Positions 1 through 9,912 of a DNA stretch of 45,380 nt are shown piece by piece (position 1 is the first letter of the stretch; the number at the start of each line of letters is the position of its first letter). The DNA lies in contig JARRRI010000022.1 in NCBI GenBank assembly GCA_037380845.1, positions 13,767 through 59,146 of the forward strand, written 5' to 3'. This DNA comes from Candidatus Sulfobium sp. GTDB lineage: Bacteria > Nitrospirota > Thermodesulfovibrionia > Thermodesulfovibrionales > UBA6898. The notes below the pieces were generated by a model. That model saw nothing but the letters and a program-made list of their open reading frames with translations. It was not told the DNA's origin and searched no databases. The position numbers were made by a program, and so were the translations under genes.

Positions 1-1811
1 CGTCGCCGAAAAAGAGGTTCATTCACTACGGGCCGCCCGTCGAGGTAGAGGCAGTCGAAGATATAGCAGACCGCCGGGTACCTGGCGCGGGCACGTCCGA
101 TCGCTCCCTCTCCGCTTTGCTGCATCCTGTGTATGACATTCCTGAACACGGACCTGCCCTTGTCGTCAAGACAGACTATCTCCGAGTCGAATAATGCGGA
201 GGTCGCCCTGAAGGTGCGGTCGGGTATCAGAAGTTCCGGGAACTTATCGGTTATCTCTCGCCGGCTGCGGCTGCGGATTCTCATTTCACCTTCATCCAGC
301 GAAACCATCGCCCGTATGCCGTCCCATTTCACTTCATAAAGGTAGTCCCCCCGGCCCGGTGGTTTGTCGGCCGACTGTGCGAGCATCGGGCCCACGGGAT
401 CGCGAAGCCAGTCGACCTGCGGCCTGTCCAGGCGCTCAAGCAGCCAATCCCTGTCTCCGGTCTTATGCATCATGTACTCCGCGCTTATCCCGTCGCCTTC
501 AAGCCTGAAGTGGAACCCGTCTTTCTTCTCCCTGGTAATCCTGTATTTTCCGCGGGAGAAGATCCAAATCCGGCCGCCGCCGTATTGCCCCTTCGGTATC
601 GTCCCCTCGAAGTTGATATATTCCGGGGGATGGTCTTCGGTGGAGACGGCAAGACGCATGATCCCGGGCCGGGGAGGCAGCCCTTTCGGAACGGCCCAGG
701 ACCTGAGCACGCCTTCCCGTTCAAGGCGCAGATCGTAGTGTAGACGGGTGGCATGGTGTCTGTGCACGACAAAAGCATCCCCTTCTCCCGCTGCAATCCG
801 GGGCAGGGGTTCGGGCGTCTTCCCGAAACGCCGCTTTCGGGCATATTCGCCGAGCCTCCCCGAAGGCTTCGGCTTTATAAAAGCCGCGTTTTTCTTCTTT
901 GCTTTCATATTCGCCCTCACCGTATGAAGGCCCGTGGCATACGCGGCCATTCCCTCCCATACATCTCCGTACTGCATCAAGTGGCCTGGCACAGTGCGCA
1001 GGTTAAAGTCCTCTGCTTTCTTAATACCTTCCAGATCTTCCCATCCGATCGGCGTCGAAACGGGGGCCCCCGGAAGACCGCGCACACCGTATGCTGCCAC
1101 AATGGTCTGATAGGTCCTGTTGCGATAAATGTCTACCAGCACCCTTCCTTTGCGCGCCTCCTTTTTGACGTGCAGGGTGGTCGACCGGCCGTGCGCTCCT
1201 ACAAACGGTTTGACCAGTTCCCTCACCGCTTCAAACACCGCGTCGAACGGCCACTTCGGTTCGATGGGCACGACGATGTGAAGACCTTTGCCCCCGGTTG
1301 TCTTCACGAACGGGCGGTAGCCGAAGTTCTCGATGTGAGCTTTCATGTCCAGGGCAATTCCCGCAAGGTCCCCGAACTTGAAATCCCCGGGCGGGTCCAG
1401 GTCGAACACAAAATAGTCGGGCTTGTCGAAGTGCGGCGAACGGCAGTGCATCTGATGAAGCTCGATAGATGCCAGGTTTGCCAGCCAGACCAGGGAGGCC
1501 TCTTCGGTCGCCATAACATAATCGATCCTTTCTTCTTCCCCCGGGCCTCCCAGCACAATATGCTCGATCCACCCGGGGGCCCACCGGGGCCTGTTCTTCT
1601 GGAAAAAACTTTCGCCGTCGATACCATCGGGAAAGCGGACCAGCGAAAGCGGCCGTCCTTTCAGATGTGCAAGTATCGTAGGCGCGACCTTCAGATAATA
1701 CTCGATCAGTTCTGCCTTCATGATATGGTCGCCGGGGTAGAGAACCTTCTCCAGGTTCGAAAGCTCTATCTTTCTTCCGCCGACCCTGACTGTCCGGGAT
1801 GTCCTTGACAT
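1..1811 (-). CDS. ligD: NHEJ DNA ligase D (polymerase-phosphoesterase-ligase), 3' end beyond the window
   Basis: Hand translation from ATG 1811 gives MSRTSRTVRVGGRKIELSNLEKVLYP...GRPLSLVRFPDGI (polymerase domain), HHATRLHYDLRLEREGVLRSWAVPKG (phosphoesterase) and PMLA...YEVKWDGIRA (ligase KxDG). Absent from the ORF track because it runs off the edge. Confidence 0.93.
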   Translation of the reverse strand, partial: MSRTSRTVRVGGRKIELSNLEKVLYPGDHIMKAELIEYYLKVAPTILAHLKGRPLSLVRFPDGIDGESFFQKNRPRWAPGWIEHIVLGGPGEEERIDYVMATEEASLVWLANLASIELHQMHCRSPHFDKPDYFVFDLDPPGDFKFGDLAGIALDMKAHIENFGYRPFVKTTGGKGLHIVVPIEPKWPFDAVFEAVRELVKPFVGAHGRSTTLHVKKEARKGRVLVDIYRNRTYQTIVAAYGVRGLPGAPVSTPIGWEDLEGIKKAEDFNLRTVPGHLMQYGDVWEGMAAYATGLHTVRANMKAKKKNAAFIKPKPSGRLGEYARKRRFGKTPEPLPRIAAGEGDAFVVHRHHATRLHYDLRLEREGVLRSWAVPKGLPPRPGIMRLAVSTEDHPPEYINFEGTIPKGQYGGGRIWIFSRGKYRITREKKDGFHFRLEGDGISAEYMMHKTGDRDWLLERLDRPQVDWLRDPVGPMLAQSADKPPGRGDYLYEVKWDGIRAMVSLDEGEMRIRSRSRREITDKFPELLIPDRTFRATSALFDSEIVCLDDKGRSVFRNVIHRMQQSGEGAIGRARARYPAVCYIFDCLYLDGRPVVNEPLFRR

Positions 1812-1888
1812 TGCCGGGGCTTTTACCTCATTCCTCTTCTCTTGTTTCTGAGCTTCTTTTCCCCGAGGCTCCGTTTTCTTCAAAAAGT

Positions 1889-2275
1889 TTAAAGCGCTAA
1901 GCCGGGGCCTGAATCGTCCACGTTGACAACCAGCGGACCCGTTCCATGGAGAAACAGGATCATTTCATTTTTCTCGTCCTCTGACGGATTGATTTCCCGG
2001 TGGATGGTGTTGGCGGGAACGTGGAAGAAATCGCCCGGACCGAGGGAAACAACATCTTCTTCTGCAGGTCCGCTTTCGAAACGAACAGAGCCGGAGACGA
2101 TGTATCCGTAGACATCGTAATCTCCGTGGTGATGCCAACCCGAAATTATCCCTGGTTCGCTTCGTGCCCGAACTACGATATAACCTTCGCCTTCGAAGGC
2201 TATGTGTCTTGTAATTCCCGGGGTCGACGAACCTTCGGAGAGAGCGCTCTTCTGCCGCGCCTGGATCTTCGACAT
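1889..2275 (-). CDS. cupin domain protein
   Basis: WHHHG and GDFFHVPANTIHRE cupin motifs; ATG 2275 has a GGAGG RBS. Confidence 0.85.
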   Translation of the reverse strand: MSKIQARQKSALSEGSSTPGITRHIAFEGEGYIVVRARSEPGIISGWHHHGDYDVYGYIVSGSVRFESGPAEEDVVSLGPGDFFHVPANTIHREINPSEDEKNEMILFLHGTGPLVVNVDDSGPGLAL

Positions 2276-2335
2276 GGATGACCCTCCTTTACGGGAACCG
2301 GGCAAAACGCATTCGAAGAAAGAATGGGTGCGCGG

Positions 2336-2506
2336 TCAAATAACATTACATAAATTCAACTCCTCAGCGTCTATCGCAAGGGCCAGCGAATTGAATGCCT
2401 CAACGTCGACCTCTGCGAGCGGCTTCGACGCCATGAGGATGCCCAGCACATAAAGAGCCAGATTGCAGGAAAGCGGAAGCTGTCCGTTCGTGTCTGTGTA
2501 AAACAT
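2336..2506 (-). CDS. small hypothetical protein (56 aa)
   Basis: GGAGGGAG RBS-like sequence just upstream of ATG; MFYTDTNGQLPLSCNLALYVLGILMASKPLAEVDVEAFNSLALAIDAEELNLCNVI*; co-oriented with neighbours. Confidence 0.5.
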   Translation of the reverse strand: MFYTDTNGQLPLSCNLALYVLGILMASKPLAEVDVEAFNSLALAIDAEELNLCNVI

Positions 2507-2950
2507 ACTCCCTCCATTCCGCCCCGTTCACTCTCCCGCGTTGGATCCTGCGATAGCACGCCAACAATACAGATGCGCAACCCGTCCGGCTGCCCCGCTT
2601 TGCAATCCCGGGGATCGTCCTTCGGCCTCCGCATAATGCATGTGTCCATAGCTAAAATATAGCCCGGGCCGACCCAAGAATCAACATATTTTTGCGGTTC
2701 AAAGTGGGGACTGAAAATGGGGACTGCCCCTGTAAAGTTTCTTCGGCAACTCGTGCTCCAGGACCCATCCGGTCAGTTTGGTCTTTCCTGCGGCGGAAGA
2801 GGCCGCATAAAGAAGCCCTGCCATGAGTCTTTCGATCTCGCCGCGGGTAACCGTTACATGAAAAGCCGCCCGACGGATTTGAGTGCCTGCGGCACTTTTT
2901 CGATGTTCCTTCCGGATTTTTTGAAACATCGGGGAGGTGCAGGCTTTCAA

Positions 2951-3655
2951 TTACGAGTTGTGCCGCAGTTCCCGAAAACGAAGGGCGGTTTCGGCGCCTT
3001 CGGCCTCTCCCTCGTGTTTGAAGAAGACGAAGGCCTTTTTCCATTTTTGAGAATGGATTCTTTCAATCCACTTCTCCAGATCGGAAACCGAATAGGCGGA
3101 GCGGCGCAGGCGCAGGTACCCCCATGGCGCCGTACTTCTAATAACATCCGCCGACCTTTCATCGGTGTCTTCCATGCAGAGGCTGCAGCCTTTTTTGCGA
3201 AGGAGACCCAGTATTTCTTCGTCGAGCCAGGAAGGGCTGCGGAAAGCGAACGCACAGGACATATCGTAGGGAATCAGGTCGAGAAAATCCGCCAGTGCGG
3301 AACCGTCTGCATGAAAGCTTGATGGAAGCTGGAAAAGGACCGGCCCCAGTTTGCCCTCCAGGACAGACAGCGTTCTGAAGAGATAATCTGTTTCCTCGGT
3401 GATGTTTTTAAGCCGCTTTACGTGGGTAATAACCTGCGGCGCCTTGATCGCAAAGATGAAACCGTCGGGGACCTGGCGCGCCCAGGATGCCAGGATGGTC
3501 CTGGTGGGCATGCGATAAAAGGTATTATTGATTTCAACGGCGTCCAGGCGTTCCGAGTAAAAGCTGAGCATCTCTTTGTGCGAGATTTTTTCGGGATAGA
3601 ATTTCCCTTTCCACTCCTTGTACCCGTAACCGCTCGTACCGACATAGATTTTCAT
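2951..3655 (-). CDS. DUF72 family protein
   Basis: YVGTSGYGYKEWKGKFYP, VEINNTFYRMP, LGPVLFQLP and YLRLR motifs; GGAGG RBS. Confidence 0.92.
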   Translation of the reverse strand: MKIYVGTSGYGYKEWKGKFYPEKISHKEMLSFYSERLDAVEINNTFYRMPTRTILASWARQVPDGFIFAIKAPQVITHVKRLKNITEETDYLFRTLSVLEGKLGPVLFQLPSSFHADGSALADFLDLIPYDMSCAFAFRSPSWLDEEILGLLRKKGCSLCMEDTDERSADVIRSTAPWGYLRLRRSAYSVSDLEKWIERIHSQKWKKAFVFFKHEGEAEGAETALRFRELRHNS

Positions 3656-3955
3656 GTCGGACCTCCCCTTTTCTCCTAAGGCGCCCTTTTCATTATACCA
3701 GCTTTATTTTGTCATCGAAAGTTAAGGAGAGGAAACCCTGAGCGTTATCGGGAGAGGAGGGAGCCGGTCGGCGTTATCCTCTTTTCAGCAGGATCTGACG
3801 TCGCGGATGCCGATCACTTCAATCCACTTGATCTGTCCCCGTGCTGCTTGCGACCAGCCGCAGAGGGATTTGTTGGTTTTGCGCTGAGGCAACGGAAGAA
3901 AGGACCTTATGGACATTTCTAAGAGCACTGCCGGGGAAATCAAATGGGGAAAAAG

Positions 3956-4210
3956 CTACGCCCCTGCAACTTCGCCTTCTGCCGTATCGTCCTCGTCGCC
4001 GTCGTAATAGGCACAGTCCCTGGCCTTCAGCCATGCGAAGGTGTCGAAGTCGTTGTTCGGTTTGCGCTGGAACTTTATGTTGGGGTGCACGCCCTTGCCC
4101 TTCATCTCGCACTCTGCGATTTTCCCCTTGTTCATTATCCTCATATGCGAACAGAGCCCGCATGTCTTCATGGTTTCCGCCACCTGTCTGTCTCTTGTCT
4201 CTTCGCTCAT
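3956..4210 (-). CDS. small Cys-rich hypothetical protein, possibly metal-binding
   Basis: GGGAGG RBS; CGLC plus two further Cys; acidic tail. Confidence 0.65.
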   Translation of the reverse strand: MSEETRDRQVAETMKTCGLCSHMRIMNKGKIAECEMKGKGVHPNIKFQRKPNNDFDTFAWLKARDCAYYDGDEDDTAEGEVAGA

Positions 4211-4393
4211 CGCTTGCCTCCCTTATCGCCATAATTCATACTCCATTATAACAGGATGGGGCGGCAATCCGCGAAGGGGTTACAAAACTTTTCGGCGCGT
4301 TTTCAGACCTGAAGAAGCAGTTAACGCGGATGAACACCGATGAAAAAAGGGCTTCAGCCCCCGAAAGACACCTCCTGCAAGGATCCCGGGTAC

Positions 4394-6118
4394 CTATCTG
4401 ATGTAAGCTTCGGTGACGTATCTGCGCATCATGCGGTGGCTGTTGAAGTAATAGGCCACCTTGCCGATCGCATTCTGCATCATCCTTATCCAGGTATGCC
4501 TGTCGTTATAGTAGAGGGGAATGACAATATTTTCGAGCTTGTCATAAAGATCCGCAACGTCCTTTACGTCGGTGTCCGTGCCGGGTGTCAGCTCATTCGG
4601 GGGCGGGCCTATGGACCAGCCAGTGAACCCTTCTATATGTCCCTCTATCCACCAGCCGTCCAGAACGCTGAAGTTCATGATGCCGTTATGGGCGGCCTTC
4701 ATTCCGCTGGTCCCCGATGCCTCGAGTGGCCTGAGAGGGGTATTCAGCCAGACGTCCACACCGGATACTATCTTCAGCGCAGTCTCCATATTGTAGTTCT
4801 TCAAATACACGATGTTTATGCTTCCCCTGAGCCGTTCCGCATAGCCGAAAATATTCTGAATGAGCTTCTTGCCTGCCTCATCCTGTGGGTGGGCCTTCCC
4901 GGCGAAAACCAGCTGAATCCTGCCCGAACCAATCCTCTCCAGCCTGTCGAGGTCTCTGAACAGAAGGTCGGCCCTCTTGTAAGCCGTGGTCCTGCGGGCG
5001 AAGCCTATGGTGAGGACATCGGGGGAAAATTCGGACCCCGTCGTCTTCCTTATATAGTCAATGAGAATCCGCTTGGCTTCCCGGTGGGCGTCCCAGAGCC
5101 TCTCGTCGGGAATGCGCCCGACCCTTACGAACAGCTCGGCCTCGTTTGCCCACCCCGGCAGGTATTCATCGTACAGCCTCTTGAAGCTCTCGCAGGTCCA
5201 CGTATAGGAATGAACACCGTTGGTTATGGCGTGTATCTGGTATCCCGGGAACATGCTCTGGGATACCTCTCCGTGTTTTTTTGCGACCCCGTTGATGTAG
5301 CGGCTCAGGTTGAGGGCAAGGTTCGTCATGTTGAGGTGATCCTTTCCCGCCAGCTCCTTCAGGACCTGAAGGGGAATGAATTCCCCCATGACCTGGGTAA
5401 CAAGGTCGTAGGGAAACTTGTCATGCCCGGCCTCCACCGGCGTATGGGTGGTAAATACGCAAAGGTTCTTCACCCTGGAAGTGTCCCAGACGAGTTTCTC
5501 GTCCCATACATCCTCTATGGGCCTCTTGAACCTGCTGAGCAGTTCAAGAGTCAGGAAACTCGCATGGCCTTCGTTCATGTGGTACTTCTTTATTTCGAAC
5601 CCCATCTCATGCAGGATTCTCACCCCGCCGATCCCCAGCACTATCTCCTGCCTGAGCCTGTAAGACTTGTCCCCTCCGTAAAGATAAGAGGTAATGTCCC
5701 TGTCTTCCGCCGAATTTTCCACGAGGTCGGTGTCGAGGAAAAATACGGGCACCGAGCCCCCGGTGAGACTTCTGACGTTGTATTGCCAGGCCTGTATAAC
5801 GACTTCCCTTTTCTCTATCAGGACCATCGCCCTCTGAGGCAGAAGCTCCATATACCGGGAAGGTTCCCACTCCGACGGATACTCCATCTGCCTTCCCGCG
5901 GCATCGATGTCCTGCGTAAAGTAGCCTTTCCTGGCCAGGAGGGTAACGGCCACCATGGGCAGCTCAAGGTCGGCAGCCGACCGTATGGTATCCCCGGCGA
6001 GGACTCCCAGTCCGCCGCTGTAGGTAGGGATATCATTATGGACGCCTATCTCCATCGAAAAATAGGCGATCTTCGGCTCTCTGGTCAGGTCAAGGAGTTG
6101 ACTTAGAAGGTCGGCCAT
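4394..6118 (-). CDS. glgP: alpha-glucan phosphorylase, short form
   Basis: YFSMEIG, YSGGLGVLAGD, HMNEGH and EASGTSGMKA (PLP lysine); start reassigned to ATG 6118. Confidence 0.93.
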   Translation of the reverse strand: MADLLSQLLDLTREPKIAYFSMEIGVHNDIPTYSGGLGVLAGDTIRSAADLELPMVAVTLLARKGYFTQDIDAAGRQMEYPSEWEPSRYMELLPQRAMVLIEKREVVIQAWQYNVRSLTGGSVPVFFLDTDLVENSAEDRDITSYLYGGDKSYRLRQEIVLGIGGVRILHEMGFEIKKYHMNEGHASFLTLELLSRFKRPIEDVWDEKLVWDTSRVKNLCVFTTHTPVEAGHDKFPYDLVTQVMGEFIPLQVLKELAGKDHLNMTNLALNLSRYINGVAKKHGEVSQSMFPGYQIHAITNGVHSYTWTCESFKRLYDEYLPGWANEAELFVRVGRIPDERLWDAHREAKRILIDYIRKTTGSEFSPDVLTIGFARRTTAYKRADLLFRDLDRLERIGSGRIQLVFAGKAHPQDEAGKKLIQNIFGYAERLRGSINIVYLKNYNMETALKIVSGVDVWLNTPLRPLEASGTSGMKAAHNGIMNFSVLDGWWIEGHIEGFTGWSIGPPPNELTPGTDTDVKDVADLYDKLENIVIPLYYNDRHTWIRMMQNAIGKVAYYFNSHRMMRRYVTEAYIR

Positions 6119-6124
6119 AGCAAT

Positions 6125-6153
6125 ATTGTAAGCAATTTGCGGGACGGAAACAA
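6125..6153 (-). promoter_or_regulatory. sigma70-type promoter, leaderless start at glgP
   Basis: TTGTTT-17 nt-TACAAT-6 nt-ATG; no SD. Confidence 0.6.
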
Positions 6154-6171
6154 CTTTTGCGCAGAAGCCGG

Positions 6172-6200
6172 TTGCCGAAACACGGCTGCCTGAGTATACT
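6172..6200 (+). promoter_or_regulatory. sigma70-type promoter for the MgtE-N/NRAMP operon
   Basis: TTGCCG-17 nt-TATACT. Confidence 0.55.
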
Positions 6201-6243
6201 TTAGGGCAAGCCTCTGTTTTCACTGCAGAATCCGGGAGATTCG

Positions 6244-7506
6244 ATGTCATTTTACGGCGAAGTCTTTGCAAGCGAGATAATGAAGAAGCCCGTCCTTGAC
6301 CCGAAGGGTGAAGAGATCGGCCGTGTCAGGGACTTCGTCGTCGTAAAGGGTGAACAGCTCCCCAAGGTGTCCGCCCTTGTCGTCGAAATACGGAAACAGC
6401 CCTTCCTTCTTCCCTGGAACGATCTGAACATCTTCAACAAAAGGATCATCTCTTCCACGGTATACGGCGATGCCCTGCAGCCATATGAACCCGGAGAGGA
6501 GGACCTGCTGATCGTCAGGGACATCCTGGACAAGCAGATTGTTGATGTCAACGGCGCGCGGGTGGTGAGGGTCAATGATGTCAAGCTGGAGGGCCTCAAC
6601 ACCAACGCCGTGCTGGTCGCGGTGGATGTGGGGGCCAGGGGGATCATGCGGCGCCTCGGGGTGGAGAGGGGCGGAGAGGACCTGTTCAGACTGTTCCAGA
6701 AGACGCTTCCCTATTCGCTTATCAGCTGGAATTATCTGCAGCCTCTTGAGCCGAAACTCACCAGGATAACTCTTACCGTGCCGAGGCAGATGCTTTCGGA
6801 GCTGCACCCTGCCGACATCGCGGAAATCATCAGCAGCGTATCCCAGAAGGAGGGCGTAAGTTTCTTCAACAACCTTGCTGTCGAGACGGCCGCGGAGGCG
6901 CTTTCCGAACTCCAACCCAATGTGCAGAAGGATATCATCAACAGGATGGACAGCAGGAAGGCCTCGAACATCATCGAAAAGATGCCCCCCGACGAGGCGG
7001 CAGACATATTGAGCGACCTGCCGGCGGAAAAGGCCCAGGAAATCCTGGAACGCATCGAGAAGGAGGACGCGGAGGACATCCAGGAACTCCTGGGCCATGA
7101 GGAGGACACGGCGGGCGGCCTGATGACGAACGTGTTTGTCGCCTGTCCTCCCGACATGACGGTCCGGGATGCCTCGGAGCGTCTGAAGGTCCAGGCCAAA
7201 GATGTCGAGACCGTATATTACATTTATGTGCTTGACGCGGAAGAGAAACTGATCGGCATCTGCTCCCTGAGGGAGTTCCTGCTTGCGGAGCCGGACTGCA
7301 TCCTGGCCGACATCATGGAGACGAACCTCAAGACCGTTTCGCCGGGGGATGACGAGATGGACGTCGCTGCAATCATATCCAAGTATAACCTCCTCGCCAT
7401 CCCCGTGGTGGACGAAGGAGGCTATATGCACGGGATCGTGACGGTGGACGACATCATCGATATCCTGCTGCCGCCCGCCGCAAAACGCAAGAGGAGAAAG
7501 GTATGA
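6244..7506 (+). CDS. soluble PRC-barrel / MgtE N-terminal / CBS-pair protein
   Basis: LHPADIAEI, EDTAGGLMT and GIVTVDDIIDI motifs; no MgtE membrane domain. Confidence 0.85.
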   Translation: MSFYGEVFASEIMKKPVLDPKGEEIGRVRDFVVVKGEQLPKVSALVVEIRKQPFLLPWNDLNIFNKRIISSTVYGDALQPYEPGEEDLLIVRDILDKQIVDVNGARVVRVNDVKLEGLNTNAVLVAVDVGARGIMRRLGVERGGEDLFRLFQKTLPYSLISWNYLQPLEPKLTRITLTVPRQMLSELHPADIAEIISSVSQKEGVSFFNNLAVETAAEALSELQPNVQKDIINRMDSRKASNIIEKMPPDEAADILSDLPAEKAQEILERIEKEDAEDIQELLGHEEDTAGGLMTNVFVACPPDMTVRDASERLKVQAKDVETVYYIYVLDAEEKLIGICSLREFLLAEPDCILADIMETNLKTVSPGDDEMDVAAIISKYNLLAIPVVDEGGYMHGIVTVDDIIDILLPPAAKRKRRKV

Positions 7507-8744
7507 GCAGGTGGAAAAGGCTGCTCCTCTTTCTCTCCATCATGGGGCCGGGCATCATAACCGCCAACATCGACAACGACGCAAGCGGTATCACCACTTA
7601 CTCGGTTGCCGGGGCCAGGTTCGGCTATACACTTTTGTGGACGCTCATTCCCACCACCGTCGCCCTCGTCGTCATCCAGGAGATGGTGGCCAGGATGGGA
7701 GCGGTTACGGGAAAAGGGCTCTCGGACCTCATACGCGAGAACTACGGCGTCAGGGCCGCCTTCTTCATGATGGTCGCCCTCTTCGCCGCCAACCTCGGCA
7801 CCACTGTATCGAACTTCGCAGGGTGGGCGGCCAGCATGGAGATTCTCGGATTGAGCAAATATATCATAGTGCCGGTGGGCGCCACGGCGGTCTGGCTCCT
7901 GGTCACGAAGGGGAGTTACCGCACCGTGGAAAGGATACTCCTTGCGGCCTGTCTCCTCTATTTCGGTTATGTGATATCCGGCCTCATGGCACATCCTTCA
8001 TGGCCCGGCGTGGTAAAAGGTACCTTTCTCCCCGCGGTCAGATGGAACGCCGAATATGCCTATATCACCATAGCCATCATCGGGACCACCATCACCCCCT
8101 GGATGCAGTTTTACCTCCAGTCCTCGATAGCGGAAAAGGGCGTCAAGAAGGCCGAATACAAGGCAACGAGGCTGGATGTCATCCTGGGATGCAGCATTAC
8201 GGACGTCATAGCCTTCTTCATCATCGTGACCTGCGCCACCACGCTTTTCCCCGCGGGACTTCGCATAGACAAGGCGTCGGAGGCGGCCTATGCCCTGAAA
8301 CCCCTTGCCGGTCAATATGCATCCCTGATCTTTGCGGTGAGCCTGGCAAATGCCTCGCTGCTGGGCGCTATCATCGTCCCGCTCGCCACGTCCTACTACA
8401 TTTGCGAGGCGATGGGATGGGAGCGGGGCGTGAACAAGACCTTCAGGGAGGCGCCGCAGTTCATGTGGATCTATACGATCATCATAGTGTCGTCCGCCCT
8501 GCTCATTCTTCTGCCCGGCGCGCCCCTGGTATTTCTTATGGTGCTTTCCGCAGTAGTGAACGGCCTGCTGCTGCCGTTCGTGCTCGTATATGCCCTGTCC
8601 CTGGTAAACAACAGGAAGCTGATGGGAGAATACGTCAACCGCCGGTCCTATAATTACATATCCTGGGGTACGGTGGCCGTCATCATTGTCCTCACGGGAT
8701 TTCTGATAGTGTCCACCCTGGTCCCGTTGCGGAGCGGATCCTGA
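7503..8744 (+). CDS. NRAMP-family divalent cation transporter (Mg2+-type clade)
   Basis: GPGIITANIDNDASGITTYS and GTTITPWMQF; many TM segments; ATGA overlap with the upstream gene. Confidence 0.88.
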   Translation: MSRWKRLLLFLSIMGPGIITANIDNDASGITTYSVAGARFGYTLLWTLIPTTVALVVIQEMVARMGAVTGKGLSDLIRENYGVRAAFFMMVALFAANLGTTVSNFAGWAASMEILGLSKYIIVPVGATAVWLLVTKGSYRTVERILLAACLLYFGYVISGLMAHPSWPGVVKGTFLPAVRWNAEYAYITIAIIGTTITPWMQFYLQSSIAEKGVKKAEYKATRLDVILGCSITDVIAFFIIVTCATTLFPAGLRIDKASEAAYALKPLAGQYASLIFAVSLANASLLGAIIVPLATSYYICEAMGWERGVNKTFREAPQFMWIYTIIIVSSALLILLPGAPLVFLMVLSAVVNGLLLPFVLVYALSLVNNRKLMGEYVNRRSYNYISWGTVAVIIVLTGFLIVSTLVPLRSGS

Positions 8745-8826
8745 TTTTCCCTTCGCTGTCCTGCCGATGCCACTTTGGTTTATAATTGGTTTAGTTTATA
8801 ATAGGTGAAATGCGAGGGGCGCATAA

Positions 8827-9897
8827 ATGGTAAAGACAATCGAATGGACTGACGGCAGGGTGGTCATGCTCGACCAGTCAAGACTTCCCACCGAGGTCGT
8901 GGACATAGACTGCAAAAGCTACAAACAGGTGGCCGAATGCATAAAGAGGCTCTGCATCAGGGGGGCTCCGGCAATAGGCATCGCGGCCGCCATGGGAGTT
9001 GCGCTTGCCGCCCAGGAAATAGATGCCGGAAGCTTCGAGGAGTTCACGAAAAAGCTTGATCCCGCCTGTGAGACCATCCTTTCTACCAGACCCACCGCCG
9101 TGAACATAAGGTGGGCGGTGGAGAGACTCCGGGCATTCCTCAACAGCCACAGAGAAGAAAGCGTGGCAAAGCTCCGGGAAATGCTGATCGAGGAAGCGAA
9201 AAGGATGCTTGAGGAGGACAAGGAGATAAACAGGGCCATAGGCTCGTGGGGCGCACAGTTTATCCTGGACGGAGACACCATCCTCACCCACTGTAATGCG
9301 GGGTCCCTGGCAACTGGAGGTTACGGCACCGCGACGGCCCCGATGTTCGTCGCGAGGGAGCAGGGGAAAAACTTCCGGGTAGTCGCCGACGAGACAAGGC
9401 CGGTTCTTCAGGGCGCCCGACTCACCGCCTGGGAGCTCATGCAGGAGGGCATACCCGTCACCCTCATAACCGATAACACCGCCGGAGCGCTCATGAAAAG
9501 GGGCGAGATCGACCTCGCCATAGTGGGAACGGACAGGACAGCGCTGAACGGCGACGTCGCGAACAAGATCGGCACATACACTGTTGCCGTGCTCTGCAGG
9601 GAGCACGGGATACCTTTTTATGTCGCGGCGCCGCTCAGCAGCATAGATTTTTCGATGCCCTCGGGCGATTATATACCCATTGAGGAGAGGGGGCCGGAAG
9701 AAGTTACCGATGTTTTCGGGAGGTGCCGTATCGCACCCGAGGGAGTAGCTGTAAGGAATCTCGCCTTCGATGTAACTCCGGCAAAATACGTGACGGCGAT
9801 CATCACGGAAAAAGGGGCTTTCAGCCCCGGGGATTTGAAGGAACTGTCACGGCCGGACGCGGACCTTGACAGGTTCAGGATAAAAAAGGAGCAATGA
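8827..9897 (+). CDS. mtnA: S-methyl-5-thioribose-1-phosphate isomerase
   Basis: IRGAPAIG, RPTAVN, THCNAGSLAT, ETRPVLQGARLT and NKIGTY motifs. Confidence 0.95.
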   Translation: MVKTIEWTDGRVVMLDQSRLPTEVVDIDCKSYKQVAECIKRLCIRGAPAIGIAAAMGVALAAQEIDAGSFEEFTKKLDPACETILSTRPTAVNIRWAVERLRAFLNSHREESVAKLREMLIEEAKRMLEEDKEINRAIGSWGAQFILDGDTILTHCNAGSLATGGYGTATAPMFVAREQGKNFRVVADETRPVLQGARLTAWELMQEGIPVTLITDNTAGALMKRGEIDLAIVGTDRTALNGDVANKIGTYTVAVLCREHGIPFYVAAPLSSIDFSMPSGDYIPIEERGPEEVTDVFGRCRIAPEGVAVRNLAFDVTPAKYVTAIITEKGAFSPGDLKELSRPDADLDRFRIKKEQ

Positions 9898-9912
9898 AGG
9901 GCCTCGTGACTG

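Noticed and set aside
753..1808. 351-aa plus-strand ORF, and similar long ORFs such as 4340-6106 and 6247-7431
   Set aside because: Antisense shadows of ligD, glgP and the MgtE-like gene; no motifs
2300..2340. GGCAAA...CATTCGAAGAAAGAATG resembling a c-di-GMP-I riboswitch
   Set aside because: Antisense to the local genes and lacks the second stem
2699..2950. 83-aa ORF abutting the DUF72 stop
   Set aside because: TTG start, no RBS, no recognisable motif; cannot be supported
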